Part shown: positions 1-10,472 of the stretch, piece after piece
Position numbering within the stretch: position 1 is the first letter of the stretch
Layout of the letters: every line of letters begins with the position of its first letter
NCBI GenBank assembly: GCA_034722245.1
Contig: JAYENT010000013.1
Span: 3,496-66,534 of the forward strand
Origin: Chloroflexota bacterium
GTDB lineage: Bacteria; Chloroflexota; Anaerolineae; UBA1429
DNA: 63,039 bases
Direction of reading: 5' to 3'
Translations under genes and position numbers: made by a program
Notes under the pieces: generated by a model
Told to the model about the DNA's origin: nothing
The model's input: only the letters and a program-made list of their open reading frames with translations
Database searches by the model: none

Positions 1-44
1 CAGTTTTCGCATCAATTCGTGACTGAGAGGCAGAGGAGTGCGAG

Positions 45-1804
45 GTGACCGACGAGAGGCGTGTCCATACGTGGGAGAAGGTGCAGATAAGCCTTGAGGC
101 GGAGGGGGCTTTTGCCAATCCCTATACGGAAGTGGAAGTGTGGGTCGATCTGGAGGGGCCCGAGTTCCAGAGGCGGGTGTATGGCTTCTGGGATGGCGGG
201 CGTGTCTTTCGCGTGCGCATCACAGCCACACGTCCAGGGCGTTGGTCGTGGGTTAGCGGCTCCAGTGTCGGTGATGCCGGCCTCGATGGCAAAGAAGGGG
301 ATTTTGTAGCCGTACCTTGGACAGAAGAAGAGAAAGCGGCCAACCCTTGCCGCAGGGGGTTTTTGCGCCCCACAGAGAATGGGCATGCGTTGCAGTATGC
401 CGATGGCACACCCTTTTTCCTCCTCGGCGATACCTGGTGGTCGACGGCCACCTTTCGTTACAAGTGGTATGACGATGACAAACGGCGTCCGGTTGGCCCA
501 GAGATGGGCTTCAAGGATATGGTGCGCTATCGGAAGGATCAGAGCTACAACTGTATTGCCATCATCGCCTCCTTCCCCGCGTGGGCCAACGATGGGAAGC
601 CTACAGAGATTCGCTTTGGGGATGAGCAGCAGACGGGCGTGCGCCAGGCTTGGAAGCAGGCGGGCACCGACAGCGCGAAGAACATGCATAACGCCGGTGG
701 CCGCCCCTTTTTCTTCCCTGGGCGGGTGCCGGGCTATCAGGATGTCTTTCCCGATGTGGATCGCATCAACCCAGCCTATTTTCGCTACCTGGATCGCAAG
801 GTCGATTATCTAAACGCCCAGGGATTCATCCCCTTTATCGAGGTGGCGCGGCGGGACACGGGGCCAGCGTGGCAGAGATTCTACGATTGGCCGGATTCCT
901 ATGTGCGCTACATGCAGTATGTATTCTCGCGGTATCATGCCAACAACTGCATCCTGAGCCCTATCCACTATGACTGGCACAGTATGGCGCTGTCGCCCCG
1001 AGCTTACAACGAGCCAGCCAACCTGCGGACTGAGAAGTATGGCCCTTTGGGACGCCGCTGTCGGCGAACTGCGATGGATCCACGCTTATCGACTTTGGTG
1101 ATGCGGATGAGGCCAAATGGATCGATATTCATCAGGTCGGCAACCGACGGGATCACAACGTGTTCTGGTATCTGACACAAATCTACCATGAATCCCAGCC
1201 GCCCAAGCCGGCCTTTAACGGCGAGCCGTACTATGCGGGATGGCCGCCGAGCAAGGGGGTCGAGGGCGGCACGGAGGAGGATGCTCTTTACTGTCGCTCA
1301 GCAGGATATGGCAGTTTCCTATCGGGCGGATTGGCCGGACACATATATGGCGCCGATGGCCTGTGGGGAGGGGATATTGAGCCTCAGGCGCCCGTCAAGA
1401 TGTGGGAATCCCTGCAGTGGGAATCGGGCGCGCAGATGCAGCACTTGCGCACCTTTGCCCTGTCAGAGGGGTCCCTTTACCAGGAGCTTGTGCCCCGTCC
1501 CGGTATGGTCTATCCCAGCAGGACGCAAGATGTCTCTGGAAACCGGGGATGGGCTTATTGTGCTGCCACTGCGGACAAGGCACTGATCATGATCTACTTT
1601 GAAGCCGATTGCCCTCAGGCAAAGTTGCGTGCCGTCTTGCCTGCTACGTCATACAAGGTTGACTGGTTCGATCCGCGCCAGGGAGAATGGCAGGGCGCAG
1701 GCACTCTCACATCCGATGATATAGGCAGGGTTTCGCTTCCGTCGTTCCCATCGCCGGAGAATGCGGATTGGGCCTTGAAGCTCAAAGCGATAGGAGGAGT
1801 TTGA
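45..1804 (+). pseudogene. DUF5060/DUF4038 (apiosidase-like glycoside hydrolase) protein with C-terminal collagen-binding-like domain, split by one frameshift at ~1034-1050
   Basis: ORF 45..1175 has typical motifs (WEKVQISL..NPY, GFWDGG..FRVR, DGTPFFLLGDTWW, NPAYFRYLDRKVDYL) up to KYG. The family-like sequence then continues in the frame of ORF 1160..1804 (PFGTPLSANCDGSTLIDFG...NGEPYYAG...GHIYGADGLW...WFDPRQG...DWAL). An assembly indel cannot be excluded. Confidence 0.75.
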
Positions 1805-1840
1805 GGAGTGGAGGAGGCATATCTTCTCGTCATGAACAAA

Positions 1841-1885
1841 GAGGCCCGAGAGTGGAATGAGCGTCTCATCCCGCTCTCGGGTTTC
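1841..1885. terminator. Long hairpin, probable bidirectional terminator between convergent genes
   Basis: GAGGCCCGAGAGTGGAATGAG-cgt-CTCATCCCGCTCTCGGGTTTC pairs over ~20 bp allowing G-U pairs and one mismatch. Confidence 0.65.
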
Positions 1886-1916
1886 TGTCGTCGGCATGCG
1901 ATTGCTGCGGGGAGGC

Positions 1917-3791
1917 CTATTCGATTAGGTCCGCTACCCATGCGATGTCCAAGGCTTCAAGCTTCTCTCTTGTGGGGGCGGCCGTCTCTGGATCCCAGTC
2001 CATCATGGCATAGAACTTATTCCGGGCCTGGAGAAACTCCTCTTTTGTGTAGACTTTGCCCGCCACCGGTCCCTCGGGCAGAGGTTCCATGAGTCGGTCG
2101 GGCAGCATATCGTCCTCGGGGCCAAAGCCCTCCCGCGCATTGAAGACGCGGGCCATATCATAAGCGCGTTCCGCTGCCAGCCATATCTCCAGTACTGAGG
2201 TGTTCCAGCCGGTCGCCGCATTGATTAGCTCCTTTGTCTGCTCTGGCGTCCAGGCATGGAAGTAGCAGATACCCGTGAGATTGTAGCTGACACGCCAAAT
2301 CATGGCTTGGTGCACCATGCGCACCTTGTCTGTGCTTATGTCGTCAAAGGGCAAGGGGTCTAGCACACCTAGAGGCTTCAGATCGGCAATGCCTTCCTCC
2401 GTCTGGTAACCGCTGTCGTGTACACTGTGCATATGATCGGCGCCCGTCGGTGAGACCGCGATGCCGAGCCCATGACCGTATTTGACACGGGGATCATGCA
2501 TCGCCACTTCCTGCCCCTTGATGTTCATGGAGTAGTTGGAAGCCTCGCCTCCGATTTGCTCCGCTGCGCGGCGGGAGCCCTCTGCCAAGAGATCGCCGAT
2601 ACCATCTCGCGCTATGATCCTTTTGATAGTTTCAACCAGGGCCTCCGCATTGCCAAAGGTTAGTTCCAGGCCGTCGGTATCTTCGGGGCCCAAAAGCCCA
2701 CGTTCGTAACATTCCATGGCGAAAGCGACAGTGCTGCCCGTACCGATAGTGTCCAAGCCGTTGGCGTTACACAGCTGGTTTGCGTAGGCTACTGCTTCCA
2801 GGTCGTCAATTCCACAATAGGCCCCCATCACTGCTGCGGCTTCGTATTCCGGTCCGCCGTATTTGGGATCGACCGGATATTTGTCGCTATCCACCTCCAC
2901 AAGCCACTTGCAACGGATAGGGCATCCATAGCATGTGTCGCGACCTATCGTAATGCTTTCATTCATCGTCTCCGAGGATATTGCCTCAAAGCCTTCGAAC
3001 TGTCCTTCCTGAAAGTTCCTTGTAGGAAGGCCACCTGCTTCCTGATTAACGCGAATCATGCGGTTGGTCCCCACCGTGGAGAAAACGGCAGAACTGGTTT
3101 CCTTATAATTCTGCGCAAACCAGCGGCCCATTTTACGGAGCTTGTCCCGGTCAGCAACTGGTGTGCGCTTGGAGCCCCTCACGGCGACGGCCTTCAGTTT
3201 CTTGGAGCCCATGACTGCCCCCAAGCCCGTCCGGCCTGCGGCTCGCGTGGCGTCGTGTATGATATTCGAGATGCGTACAAGCCGCTCGCCAGCAGGGCCG
3301 CATTGGGCGACGCGAACGTTGTTATCGCCTAGCTCTTCCCGAATCTGCTGCTCGACGTCGTAAGTTTCTTTGCCCCAAAGTGCATCGGCAGACCGCAGTT
3401 CCACTTCATCGTCTTTGATCCAAAGGTACACAGGAGATTCGGAGGCCCCTTCAAAGATAATGGTGTCCCAGCCAGAGTGCTTGAACTCTGCCCCCCAAAA
3501 GCCCCCGGCCTCGGAACCAGAGAACGCGCCGGTGAGGGGGGATTTTGCGCCTACCATGTGCCGTCCCCCGCCGGCCAGAGGCTGTCCCGCCAGCGGCCCG
3601 GTGGTGAATATCAGCTTATTCTCTTTTCCCAGAGGATCGATACCCGCCGGAACTTCTTTCAGTAGGTAATACGCAATGAATCCCCAGCCTCCGAGATAGC
3701 GACGCAGGAACTTTTCGTCGAGCGTTTCACTTTTTATGTCTCCCGTCGTGAGGTTCACGCGAAGCGCTTTGCCCCAGTGTCCGTAGCTCAT
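1917..3791 (-). CDS. aor: Aldehyde:ferredoxin oxidoreductase (W/Mo-pterin, AOR family)
   Basis: LRVNLTTG..YLGG, KSPLTG..SEAGG, RAAGRTGLGAVMGSKKLKAVAV, CYGCPIRC Fe-S motif, GPEYE, GLDTI. ATG at 3791 follows AAGGAGG. Confidence 0.92.
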   Translation of the reverse strand: MSYGHWGKALRVNLTTGDIKSETLDEKFLRRYLGGWGFIAYYLLKEVPAGIDPLGKENKLIFTTGPLAGQPLAGGGRHMVGAKSPLTGAFSGSEAGGFWGAEFKHSGWDTIIFEGASESPVYLWIKDDEVELRSADALWGKETYDVEQQIREELGDNNVRVAQCGPAGERLVRISNIIHDATRAAGRTGLGAVMGSKKLKAVAVRGSKRTPVADRDKLRKMGRWFAQNYKETSSAVFSTVGTNRMIRVNQEAGGLPTRNFQEGQFEGFEAISSETMNESITIGRDTCYGCPIRCKWLVEVDSDKYPVDPKYGGPEYEAAAVMGAYCGIDDLEAVAYANQLCNANGLDTIGTGSTVAFAMECYERGLLGPEDTDGLELTFGNAEALVETIKRIIARDGIGDLLAEGSRRAAEQIGGEASNYSMNIKGQEVAMHDPRVKYGHGLGIAVSPTGADHMHSVHDSGYQTEEGIADLKPLGVLDPLPFDDISTDKVRMVHQAMIWRVSYNLTGICYFHAWTPEQTKELINAATGWNTSVLEIWLAAERAYDMARVFNAREGFGPEDDMLPDRLMEPLPEGPVAGKVYTKEEFLQARNKFYAMMDWDPETAAPTREKLEALDIAWVADLIE

Positions 3792-3914
3792 AGATCCTCC
3801 TTCACGGTTAATATGATGCACCTACAAGAAAGACAAGCATCGATCTTGCTCTATATGAATATCGTTATATCATCGACAGTTCTCGGGTCAATCAGACGTC
3901 GGGCGTCCGATGTC

Positions 3915-5039
3915 TTATAGCGGCAGTTTGACCCAGCGGCGGGAGGAGGCAGCCCCGCGGCTCGCCTCCAGTATCTCCTGCACGCGCATGCCCTCATAGA
4001 AACCAGGGGAGAAGCTAAAGGGATCCCCGCTTCTATAGGCGTCGAGGTAATCCATCAACACGGTACGGCGAGCCCCTCCGTCTTTTACTATGCCCTGCAG
4101 GCGTTCGGGGACAAGGATGGTTGTATAAGGTCTATCCCTTGTTCCACCTTCCCTTAGAATTACATATTCGTCTAGTATCTCCGACGGAAGATGCACTTGG
4201 AGTTCATACGGGTGTTGCTGGTCATACATGAGTCCGCCCTCGCTGCCGTAGACCTCGACCCGCTGGTCGAAACCTCGCCCTGTAAACGTATAGCTTCCGC
4301 ATATATAGCCCATGGCGCCGTTGGAATAGTCGACAAGCAACATTCCCTGATCCTCTGTGGTAACGGGCATGGGTTCACCTGTCTGCGCCGATGTGCGCTC
4401 GGGCACAAAGGTTTGCATGTTTGCGGCCACGGCCTCGACATCGCATTCGAGCCACCACAGTATCATGTCGATGATATGCGAGCCCATATCCCCGAGACCG
4501 CCGAACTCGGCGCGCGCTCTGTCGTTGCGCCAAGTCCATGGACGCTTGGCGTATTCAGTGCTTCCTGCCGCGTAGACGGCCGCCACGTAGTATATTTCTT
4601 CCAACGCGCCGCTCTTTATGATCTCGTTGGCCAGTTGGGCAGCGGGGGTCCTGCGGTGGCTAAAGTTCACCCCTGTCTTTATGCCTGCGTCTCGCGCGGT
4701 TTGGTACATCTCTTTAGCTTGCGCGTAGCGCAGAGCCAAGGGCTTTTCACAGAACACATCCACGCCTTGCCTCATGGCCTCCATGGCAATGGGATAGTGC
4801 ATATCGTTACTCGTGCAGATGCTAACTATATCCAGCGTCTCTTCCTGCAGCATGGCGTGGTAATCGAGGTAACAGTTCTCGATCTCATGTTTGTCTTCTA
4901 CCTGCTTCAGGGCTGCCTCGCTTACGTCGCAGATGGCTGCGATCTCCACGTTTCCAGATCGCTGATAACTTGGAATGTGATAGTTTCTGGCAATGCCCCC
5001 GACGCCAACGATACCGACTTTGAGTTGCTCTTTGCCCAT
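3915..5039 (-). CDS. Gfo/Idh/MocA family NAD(P)-dependent oxidoreductase
   Basis: KVGIVGVGGIA Rossmann motif, VFCEKPLA, GGLGDMGSHIID. ATG 5039 with AGGAG RBS. Confidence 0.9.
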   Translation of the reverse strand: MGKEQLKVGIVGVGGIARNYHIPSYQRSGNVEIAAICDVSEAALKQVEDKHEIENCYLDYHAMLQEETLDIVSICTSNDMHYPIAMEAMRQGVDVFCEKPLALRYAQAKEMYQTARDAGIKTGVNFSHRRTPAAQLANEIIKSGALEEIYYVAAVYAAGSTEYAKRPWTWRNDRARAEFGGLGDMGSHIIDMILWWLECDVEAVAANMQTFVPERTSAQTGEPMPVTTEDQGMLLVDYSNGAMGYICGSYTFTGRGFDQRVEVYGSEGGLMYDQQHPYELQVHLPSEILDEYVILREGGTRDRPYTTILVPERLQGIVKDGGARRTVLMDYLDAYRSGDPFSFSPGFYEGMRVQEILEASRGAASSRRWVKLPL

Positions 5040-5267
5040 CAGCCTACTCCTACTTTTCGTGTTCACCCTATAAGACCGCGTCTGGTCTATTTTAGGCTGT
5101 CCGCAGGAGGCGTCAAGGGCGTGTCGTGTCCTCCATCCGCTTGCGCCCCCAAAGGCGGCGTGCTATACTTGCATCCAACGTGGTTTCCCCTATGGTAGCG
5201 CGGGAAGCGAAGATGAAGAGGCGAGGTCATCTGTGAACGGGATTCAAGCATATCTGGTCGAGTGGAT

Positions 5268-5987
5268 ATGAAATCCCAGAATCCATTATATTACGGATTG
5301 ATGCTTTTAATGATAGGTTTCGTTCTGGTAGGATCACTCGCTCTCATTTTCCTGGCAGGCAACCAATCGCATGCTGAGGCAGTTAGGCTTTCTCTTGGCG
5401 TCATCACGAATACGCCAACGGTGACGAATACGCCGACGCCGACGTTTACTGCCACTTTCTCACCAACGCCTTCCCCAACGGCGACGAGTACGCCGTCCCC
5501 CACGCCCTCACCGACTCCTACACTTACACCTTCTCTCACGCCGACGCCATCGTGGGTGACGAAACGTTATCTTCCCCTTCCCCTGGATGAAAAGTGGATT
5601 GAGGTAGACCTTTCGGACCAGTTACTGAGAGCATACGATGGGGAAGAGATATGTTATACTGCTAGCGTGAGCACTGGAAGGGCGCACACTCCCACCGTGG
5701 TGGGCAAGTTTCGCATCAAGACGAAATATGAGGCGCAGCTCATGACAGGCCCCGGCTACTATTTGCCGAACGTTCCCTATGTGATGTATTTCTATGCCCG
5801 CTATGCCCTTCATGGAGCATATTGGCACGACAAGTGGGGCACGCCGACCAGCCATGGGTGTGTCAACTTGAAGAGGGAAGACGCCAAATGGCTTTACGAA
5901 TGGACGAGCCCCGAGGTTCCCGAGGGAGCCAAGTCCGTGTGTGCAAGCAGAGAGAGCCCGGGGACCTGGGTTCTCATTCACAAATGA
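5268..5987 (+). CDS. Membrane-anchored L,D-transpeptidase (YkuD family) with Pro/Thr-rich linker
   Basis: N-terminal TM helix, TPTPT repeats, WIEVDLSDQ..VSTG..TP..G.F, HGAYWH..G.P.SHGCVN catalytic motif. Confidence 0.88.
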   Translation: MKSQNPLYYGLMLLMIGFVLVGSLALIFLAGNQSHAEAVRLSLGVITNTPTVTNTPTPTFTATFSPTPSPTATSTPSPTPSPTPTLTPSLTPTPSWVTKRYLPLPLDEKWIEVDLSDQLLRAYDGEEICYTASVSTGRAHTPTVVGKFRIKTKYEAQLMTGPGYYLPNVPYVMYFYARYALHGAYWHDKWGTPTSHGCVNLKREDAKWLYEWTSPEVPEGAKSVCASRESPGTWVLIHK

Positions 5988-6053
5988 TGATGTGGAGCCG
6001 TTCTGGGGGCGTCGTGGTTGCGTTCCCTTACATGTGGAGGGAGGCGCTGCGTC

Positions 6054-7118
6054 ATGTGTAGGCTATTCTTGCCTGGTGTTGTAGATGCTCATGTTCATCT
6101 GCGGGAGCCAGGTGCAGCGTACAAGGAGGGCATACTGTCGGGGACAACAGCCGCCCTGGCAGGCGGTGTGATCGCCGTTTTCGATATGCCGAATAACATG
6201 CCTCCCATTGTGGATAAGCGCACGCTCGATCAGAAGACAGAACTATTCGAGAAACAAGCCGTGAGCGATTACGGGCTCTTTCTTGGTTATAATGGTGGGG
6301 ATGTTGAGACGTTAGAAGAGCTTGCTGGCGAGGTGGTTGGCCTCAAGCTGTACCTTGACGAAACGTTTGGGGATATGACGATGGCGGTTCCAGAGTTGCT
6401 CAATGGGGTTTTTGAGGCTTGGCCTGGGCCAGGCCCCATCGCCGTTCATGCGGAAAGCAAGTCCATACCGATAGCGCTTCGTCTCGCCGAGCGATATCAT
6501 CGGCGCCTTCACGTATGCCACGTCCCCCATCCCGATGACCTGCTGGTGATCGATGCAGCGCGGCAGCGTGGAGTCGATGTCACGTGTGAGGTGACTCCCC
6601 ATCATCTGTTTCTCTCCAAAGAGGATGGGGAGGGACTGGGGGCTTTTGGCCATATGAAGCCGCCCCTTCTCAGTAGGAAAGACGTGGATCTCTTTTGGGA
6701 GCGGTTGGATTTGGTGGATATCATCGCAACTGACCATGCGCCGCACACCCGGGCGGAAAAGGCCTCGCCTGACCCTCCTCCTGGTGTGCCGGGGCTGGAA
6801 ACTTTTCTTCCCTTGTTCCTCCGCGCCATAGACGAGGAGCGCTTGACTTTGCAGCGACTTGAGGCGATGACGCATTATAAGCCGTTGGAGATATATAGGC
6901 GGTGTGCGCCGGATGATACGCAGATTGAGATCGTTTTGGGAGAACCATACCGTTTTCCCAAGAGCGGTTATCAGACACGGTGCGATTGGAGCCCCTTTGC
7001 AGGGCGATGGGGGTTGGGCCGTGTCTCAAGGGTTCGCTTGCGGGGGGAGACTGTATGGGAGGAGGGTCGACTGATGACGTTACCTGGATATGGCCGGCCG
7101 CTAAGACCGTGCGTTTGA
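6054..7118 (+). CDS. pyrC: Dihydroorotase (CAD-DHO-like)
   Basis: [56 protein letters not shown]. First gene of the pyr operon. Confidence 0.92.
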   Translation: MCRLFLPGVVDAHVHLREPGAAYKEGILSGTTAALAGGVIAVFDMPNNMPPIVDKRTLDQKTELFEKQAVSDYGLFLGYNGGDVETLEELAGEVVGLKLYLDETFGDMTMAVPELLNGVFEAWPGPGPIAVHAESKSIPIALRLAERYHRRLHVCHVPHPDDLLVIDAARQRGVDVTCEVTPHHLFLSKEDGEGLGAFGHMKPPLLSRKDVDLFWERLDLVDIIATDHAPHTRAEKASPDPPPGVPGLETFLPLFLRAIDEERLTLQRLEAMTHYKPLEIYRRCAPDDTQIEIVLGEPYRFPKSGYQTRCDWSPFAGRWGLGRVSRVRLRGETVWEEGRLMTLPGYGRPLRPCV

Positions 7119-7140
7119 GTGGGCCTGTAGAAAGGAGATT

Positions 7141-8124
7141 ATGGCAGCTGAAAGTGAAAATGGGCGAAAGGTCGTTGGGCTGACGCCGGATCGGCGCAGC
7201 AGCTTCTATGGGCGTGACATCATTTCTGTGGAGCAGTTTTCTCGTGATGATCTGTCGTATATCTTTGACGTGGCGGACGAGATGAGAAGGATTGTCAAGC
7301 GCGTGGGAGCGACAGATCTGCTCAAGGGGTACGTGCTGGCCAATCTGTTTTACGAGCCAAGCACTCGCACGTCGTCCTCTTTTATTGCTGCCATGCAGCG
7401 GCTGGGTGGGGCAGTCATTCCCATCCACGGTGTGCAGTACTCTTCGGTGAGCAAGGGGGAATCCCTCCCCGATACCGTACGGACATTGGAGTGCTATGCG
7501 GACGTGATCGTGCTGCGGCATCCCGAGGCGGGAGCCTCCGAGATAGCAGCCACGTATTGTCGTAAGCCCGTCGTCAGTGCTGGGGACGGTATCGGTGAAC
7601 ATCCTACGCAAGGACTGTTGGATCTGTACACCATCTATACGGAGCTTGACACCATTGATGGGCTGCACATCGCCATGGTTGGCGATCTAAAGAACGGGCG
7701 TACGGTGCATTCTTTGGCGCGCCTTCTGAGGATCTACGATACCGAACTCTCCTTTGTGTCCCCGGCCATCCTGCGATTGCCGCGCGATCTAAAGGAGGAA
7801 CTCGTTGCTGCGGGCCGGCCTGTCCAGGAGACGGACAGAGTTGAGGATGTGATCGATGAGGTCGATATACTGTATGTCACGCGGGTGCAAAAAGAGCGTT
7901 TTGCCGACTTGCGAGCGTACGAGGCGGTAAAGGACTATTACGAGATCACGCCCGACTTGATGAAACGAGCCAAGGGGAAGATGGCTCTGATGCATCCACT
8001 CCCTCGGGTGGGCGAGATCCACTACGACGTGGACGACGATCCTCGCGCCGCCTATTTTCGCCAGATGGAGAATGGATTATACATTCGTATGGCCCTCTTG
8101 GCGGCCGTGCTGGGGAAGGCGTAG
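7141..8124 (+). CDS. pyrB: Aspartate carbamoyltransferase catalytic chain
   Basis: [53 protein letters not shown]. Confidence 0.96.
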   Translation: MAAESENGRKVVGLTPDRRSSFYGRDIISVEQFSRDDLSYIFDVADEMRRIVKRVGATDLLKGYVLANLFYEPSTRTSSSFIAAMQRLGGAVIPIHGVQYSSVSKGESLPDTVRTLECYADVIVLRHPEAGASEIAATYCRKPVVSAGDGIGEHPTQGLLDLYTIYTELDTIDGLHIAMVGDLKNGRTVHSLARLLRIYDTELSFVSPAILRLPRDLKEELVAAGRPVQETDRVEDVIDEVDILYVTRVQKERFADLRAYEAVKDYYEITPDLMKRAKGKMALMHPLPRVGEIHYDVDDDPRAAYFRQMENGLYIRMALLAAVLGKA

Positions 8125-8127
8125 GGC

Positions 8128-9537
8128 GTGAATTTCTGGAAAGAGTTGGAAGAGAGCATTCGTCGACGTGACAGTCTGCTCTGTGTGGGCCTTGACCCAC
8201 GGCCAGAGAGAATACCGGCTCGCTTTGATTCCGTAGCTGATTTCAACAGGGCCATCATCGACGCCACGGCGGACCTGGCCTGCGTTTACAAACCCAACAT
8301 CGCCTTCTATGAGGCCCTTGGCGAGAAGGGGATGGAGGCGTTGCGGGACACGCTGGCCTATATACCCGAGGATATTCCCGTCCTGCTCGATGCGAAGCGA
8401 AACGACATTGGCTCCACGGCCACAGCGTATGCCAAGGCCTGCTATGAGGTTTTGAATGTGGATGCTGTGACGGTTACGCCATATCTCGGCTCAGACGGAG
8501 TCGCGCCATTCATAGCCTATGAGGATAAGGGGGTCTTTCTTCTCTGCAAGACGTCCAACCCTGGGGCGGGAGAGGTACAGGACTGGGCGCAGCAGGGCGA
8601 GCCGTTGTATCGCCATATCGTTCAGCTGGCCAGAGGCTGGGCAGGGGGGCGGGAGATCGGCCTGGTCATTGGCGCCACGTATCCCGAGGCCATCGCGGAT
8701 ATCCGGGAGCGGTTCCCAGAAATGTGGTTTCTGGTTCCCGGCGTGGGAGCCCAAGGTGGGGATGTGGAGATGGTGCTCTCTGCAGGGCTGCGATCCGACG
8801 GCACGGGATTGTTGATAAACTCTTCGCGGGGTATCATCTACGCCGATGATCCTCGTCGGGCCGCGAAAGACTTGCGTGACAGAATAAACGAGGCACGTTA
8901 TGGTGCCACTCCTCGCGTCTCTCCGCGCGATGTTGAAAGTACGCCGTTGAGGGCACTGGCATGCGGACTCTTTGATGCCGGCTGTGTGCGCTTTGGGGAT
9001 TTTGTTCTCCACTCTGGTGTGCATTCCCCCATCTATATCGACCTCCGGCGTTTGGTAGGTCATCCTCGCTTGCTCGCCGACGTGGCACGACTCTATGGGC
9101 GTCTCCTTCGCTTGCTGCAGTTCGACCGCATGGCAGCAATCCCCTATGGGGGCTTGCCCATCGGTACGGCTGTGGCGCTGGAGACAGGACATCCTCTGAT
9201 CTATCCGCGGCGCCGCGCTAAATCGTATGGCACCCAGCGCCTTGTGGAGGGAGAATACGCTGCGGGGGATCGTGTGGTCGTGCTTGACGATCTTATTACT
9301 GGGGGGGGCAGCAAGCTGGAGGCTATCGAGCCGCTGGAGGCCGAGGGAATGGTGGTCGAAGACGTGGTGGTGCTCATCGATAGGGAGCAGGGAGGAGCCA
9401 AGACACTGGCAGATCGGGGATATCGCCTCCATGCTCTGTTCACGTTACGGGAACTGGTAAGAGCCCTTGCACAGGAGAATAAGATTGCCCCGGCGGAAGA
9501 GGCACGGGTTCTTGACTATCTGGAAGGGGAGCGCTAA
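8128..9537 (+). CDS. pyrF: Bifunctional OMP decarboxylase / orotate phosphoribosyltransferase (PyrF-PyrE fusion)
   Basis: N-half: LCVGLDP, KPNIAFYE, LDAKRNDIGST, PGVGAQGG, NSSRGI. C-half: FGDFVLHSG..SPIYIDLR, VVVLDDLITGGGS (PRPP-binding). Confidence 0.93.
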   Translation: MNFWKELEESIRRRDSLLCVGLDPRPERIPARFDSVADFNRAIIDATADLACVYKPNIAFYEALGEKGMEALRDTLAYIPEDIPVLLDAKRNDIGSTATAYAKACYEVLNVDAVTVTPYLGSDGVAPFIAYEDKGVFLLCKTSNPGAGEVQDWAQQGEPLYRHIVQLARGWAGGREIGLVIGATYPEAIADIRERFPEMWFLVPGVGAQGGDVEMVLSAGLRSDGTGLLINSSRGIIYADDPRRAAKDLRDRINEARYGATPRVSPRDVESTPLRALACGLFDAGCVRFGDFVLHSGVHSPIYIDLRRLVGHPRLLADVARLYGRLLRLLQFDRMAAIPYGGLPIGTAVALETGHPLIYPRRRAKSYGTQRLVEGEYAAGDRVVVLDDLITGGGSKLEAIEPLEAEGMVVEDVVVLIDREQGGAKTLADRGYRLHALFTLRELVRALAQENKIAPAEEARVLDYLEGER

Positions 9538-9545
9538 AGGGGCGT

Positions 9546-10472
9546 ATGGTCGACCTTGGAGTTGATCTCTGTGGTGTCTCTCTCTCCAATCCTCTGGTGC
9601 TGGCCTCGGGGATCTGGGGAAGCTGTGCGCACACCCTGATACGCCTGGCCCGACGGGGCGCGGGGGTGGTGACAAGCAAGTCGTGTAGCCTTATGCCCCG
9701 GATGGGGCATCCAAATCCTACGGTCCTTCATTGGGAAGGGGGATTGATCAACGCTGTCGGGCTGTCCAATCCGGGGGCCAAGACCCAGCGGGCGGTTCTG
9801 AGGAAGGCCAAGGAGGGACTGACGCCCCTGGGAGTGCCCCTAATCGCCAGCGTCTTTGGGGAGTCGGAAAGCGCCTTTCGCCGGGCGGTGGAGTTGGTTG
9901 CGGAGGCCGAACCCGATTTCATAGAACTGAACATATCCTGCCCCAACGTGGAGAGCGAGTTTGGCGAGCCCTTTGCCCTCAATCCCGCTGCGGCGGGCAA
10001 AGTTACCGCTGCAGTGCGGTCGGTGTACGATGGTCGCCTTCTGGTCAAACTCTCACCTAACGCGCCCAATATTGTCCAAGTCGCTCGCGCAGTGGCCAGC
10101 GAGGGCGCCGATGGGCTGACCGCGGTGAACACGTTGGGGCCGGGCATGATCATCGATGTCCATGCCGGGCGCCCCGTGCTGTCGAATCGCGTCGGGGGGA
10201 TTTCTGGGGCCGCCTTGCGTCCTGTGGCTGTTCGTTGTGTGTACGACTTGGCAGCCAGTGTCGATATCCCCATCATCGGTACCGGCGGCGTGTTGGACGG
10301 AGAGGATGCCGTCCAAATGATCATGGCGGGGGCGACGGCGGTGGGGGTAGGGTCAGCCCTGGAAGTGCATGGCGATGGGGCCTTTCAGCATATTCTAAAA
10401 GGCCTGGAGGGCTTTATGATGTCGGAGGGGTACGAGCGGCTGGACGATTTTCGGGGATGTGCCCATGACTGA
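9546..10472 (+). CDS. pyrD: Dihydroorotate dehydrogenase class 1B catalytic subunit
   Basis: NPLVLASG, INAVGLSNPG, ELNISCPN, VKLSPN, GGISG, IPIIGTGG. Confidence 0.94.
   Translation: MVDLGVDLCGVSLSNPLVLASGIWGSCAHTLIRLARRGAGVVTSKSCSLMPRMGHPNPTVLHWEGGLINAVGLSNPGAKTQRAVLRKAKEGLTPLGVPLIASVFGESESAFRRAVELVAEAEPDFIELNISCPNVESEFGEPFALNPAAAGKVTAAVRSVYDGRLLVKLSPNAPNIVQVARAVASEGADGLTAVNTLGPGMIIDVHAGRPVLSNRVGGISGAALRPVAVRCVYDLAASVDIPIIGTGGVLDGEDAVQMIMAGATAVGVGSALEVHGDGAFQHILKGLEGFMMSEGYERLDDFRGCAHD

Noticed and set aside
4191-5198. Long antisense ORFs (e.g. 4191..5198, 6721..7668, 8491..9432, 18611..19486, 28764..29735)
   Set aside because: Shadow ORFs opposite well-supported genes in GC-rich DNA, with no recognisable motifs.
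5405-5552. Tandem ACGCC-type repeats
   Set aside because: They encode the Thr/Pro linker of the L,D-transpeptidase; not CRISPR or a VNTR element.
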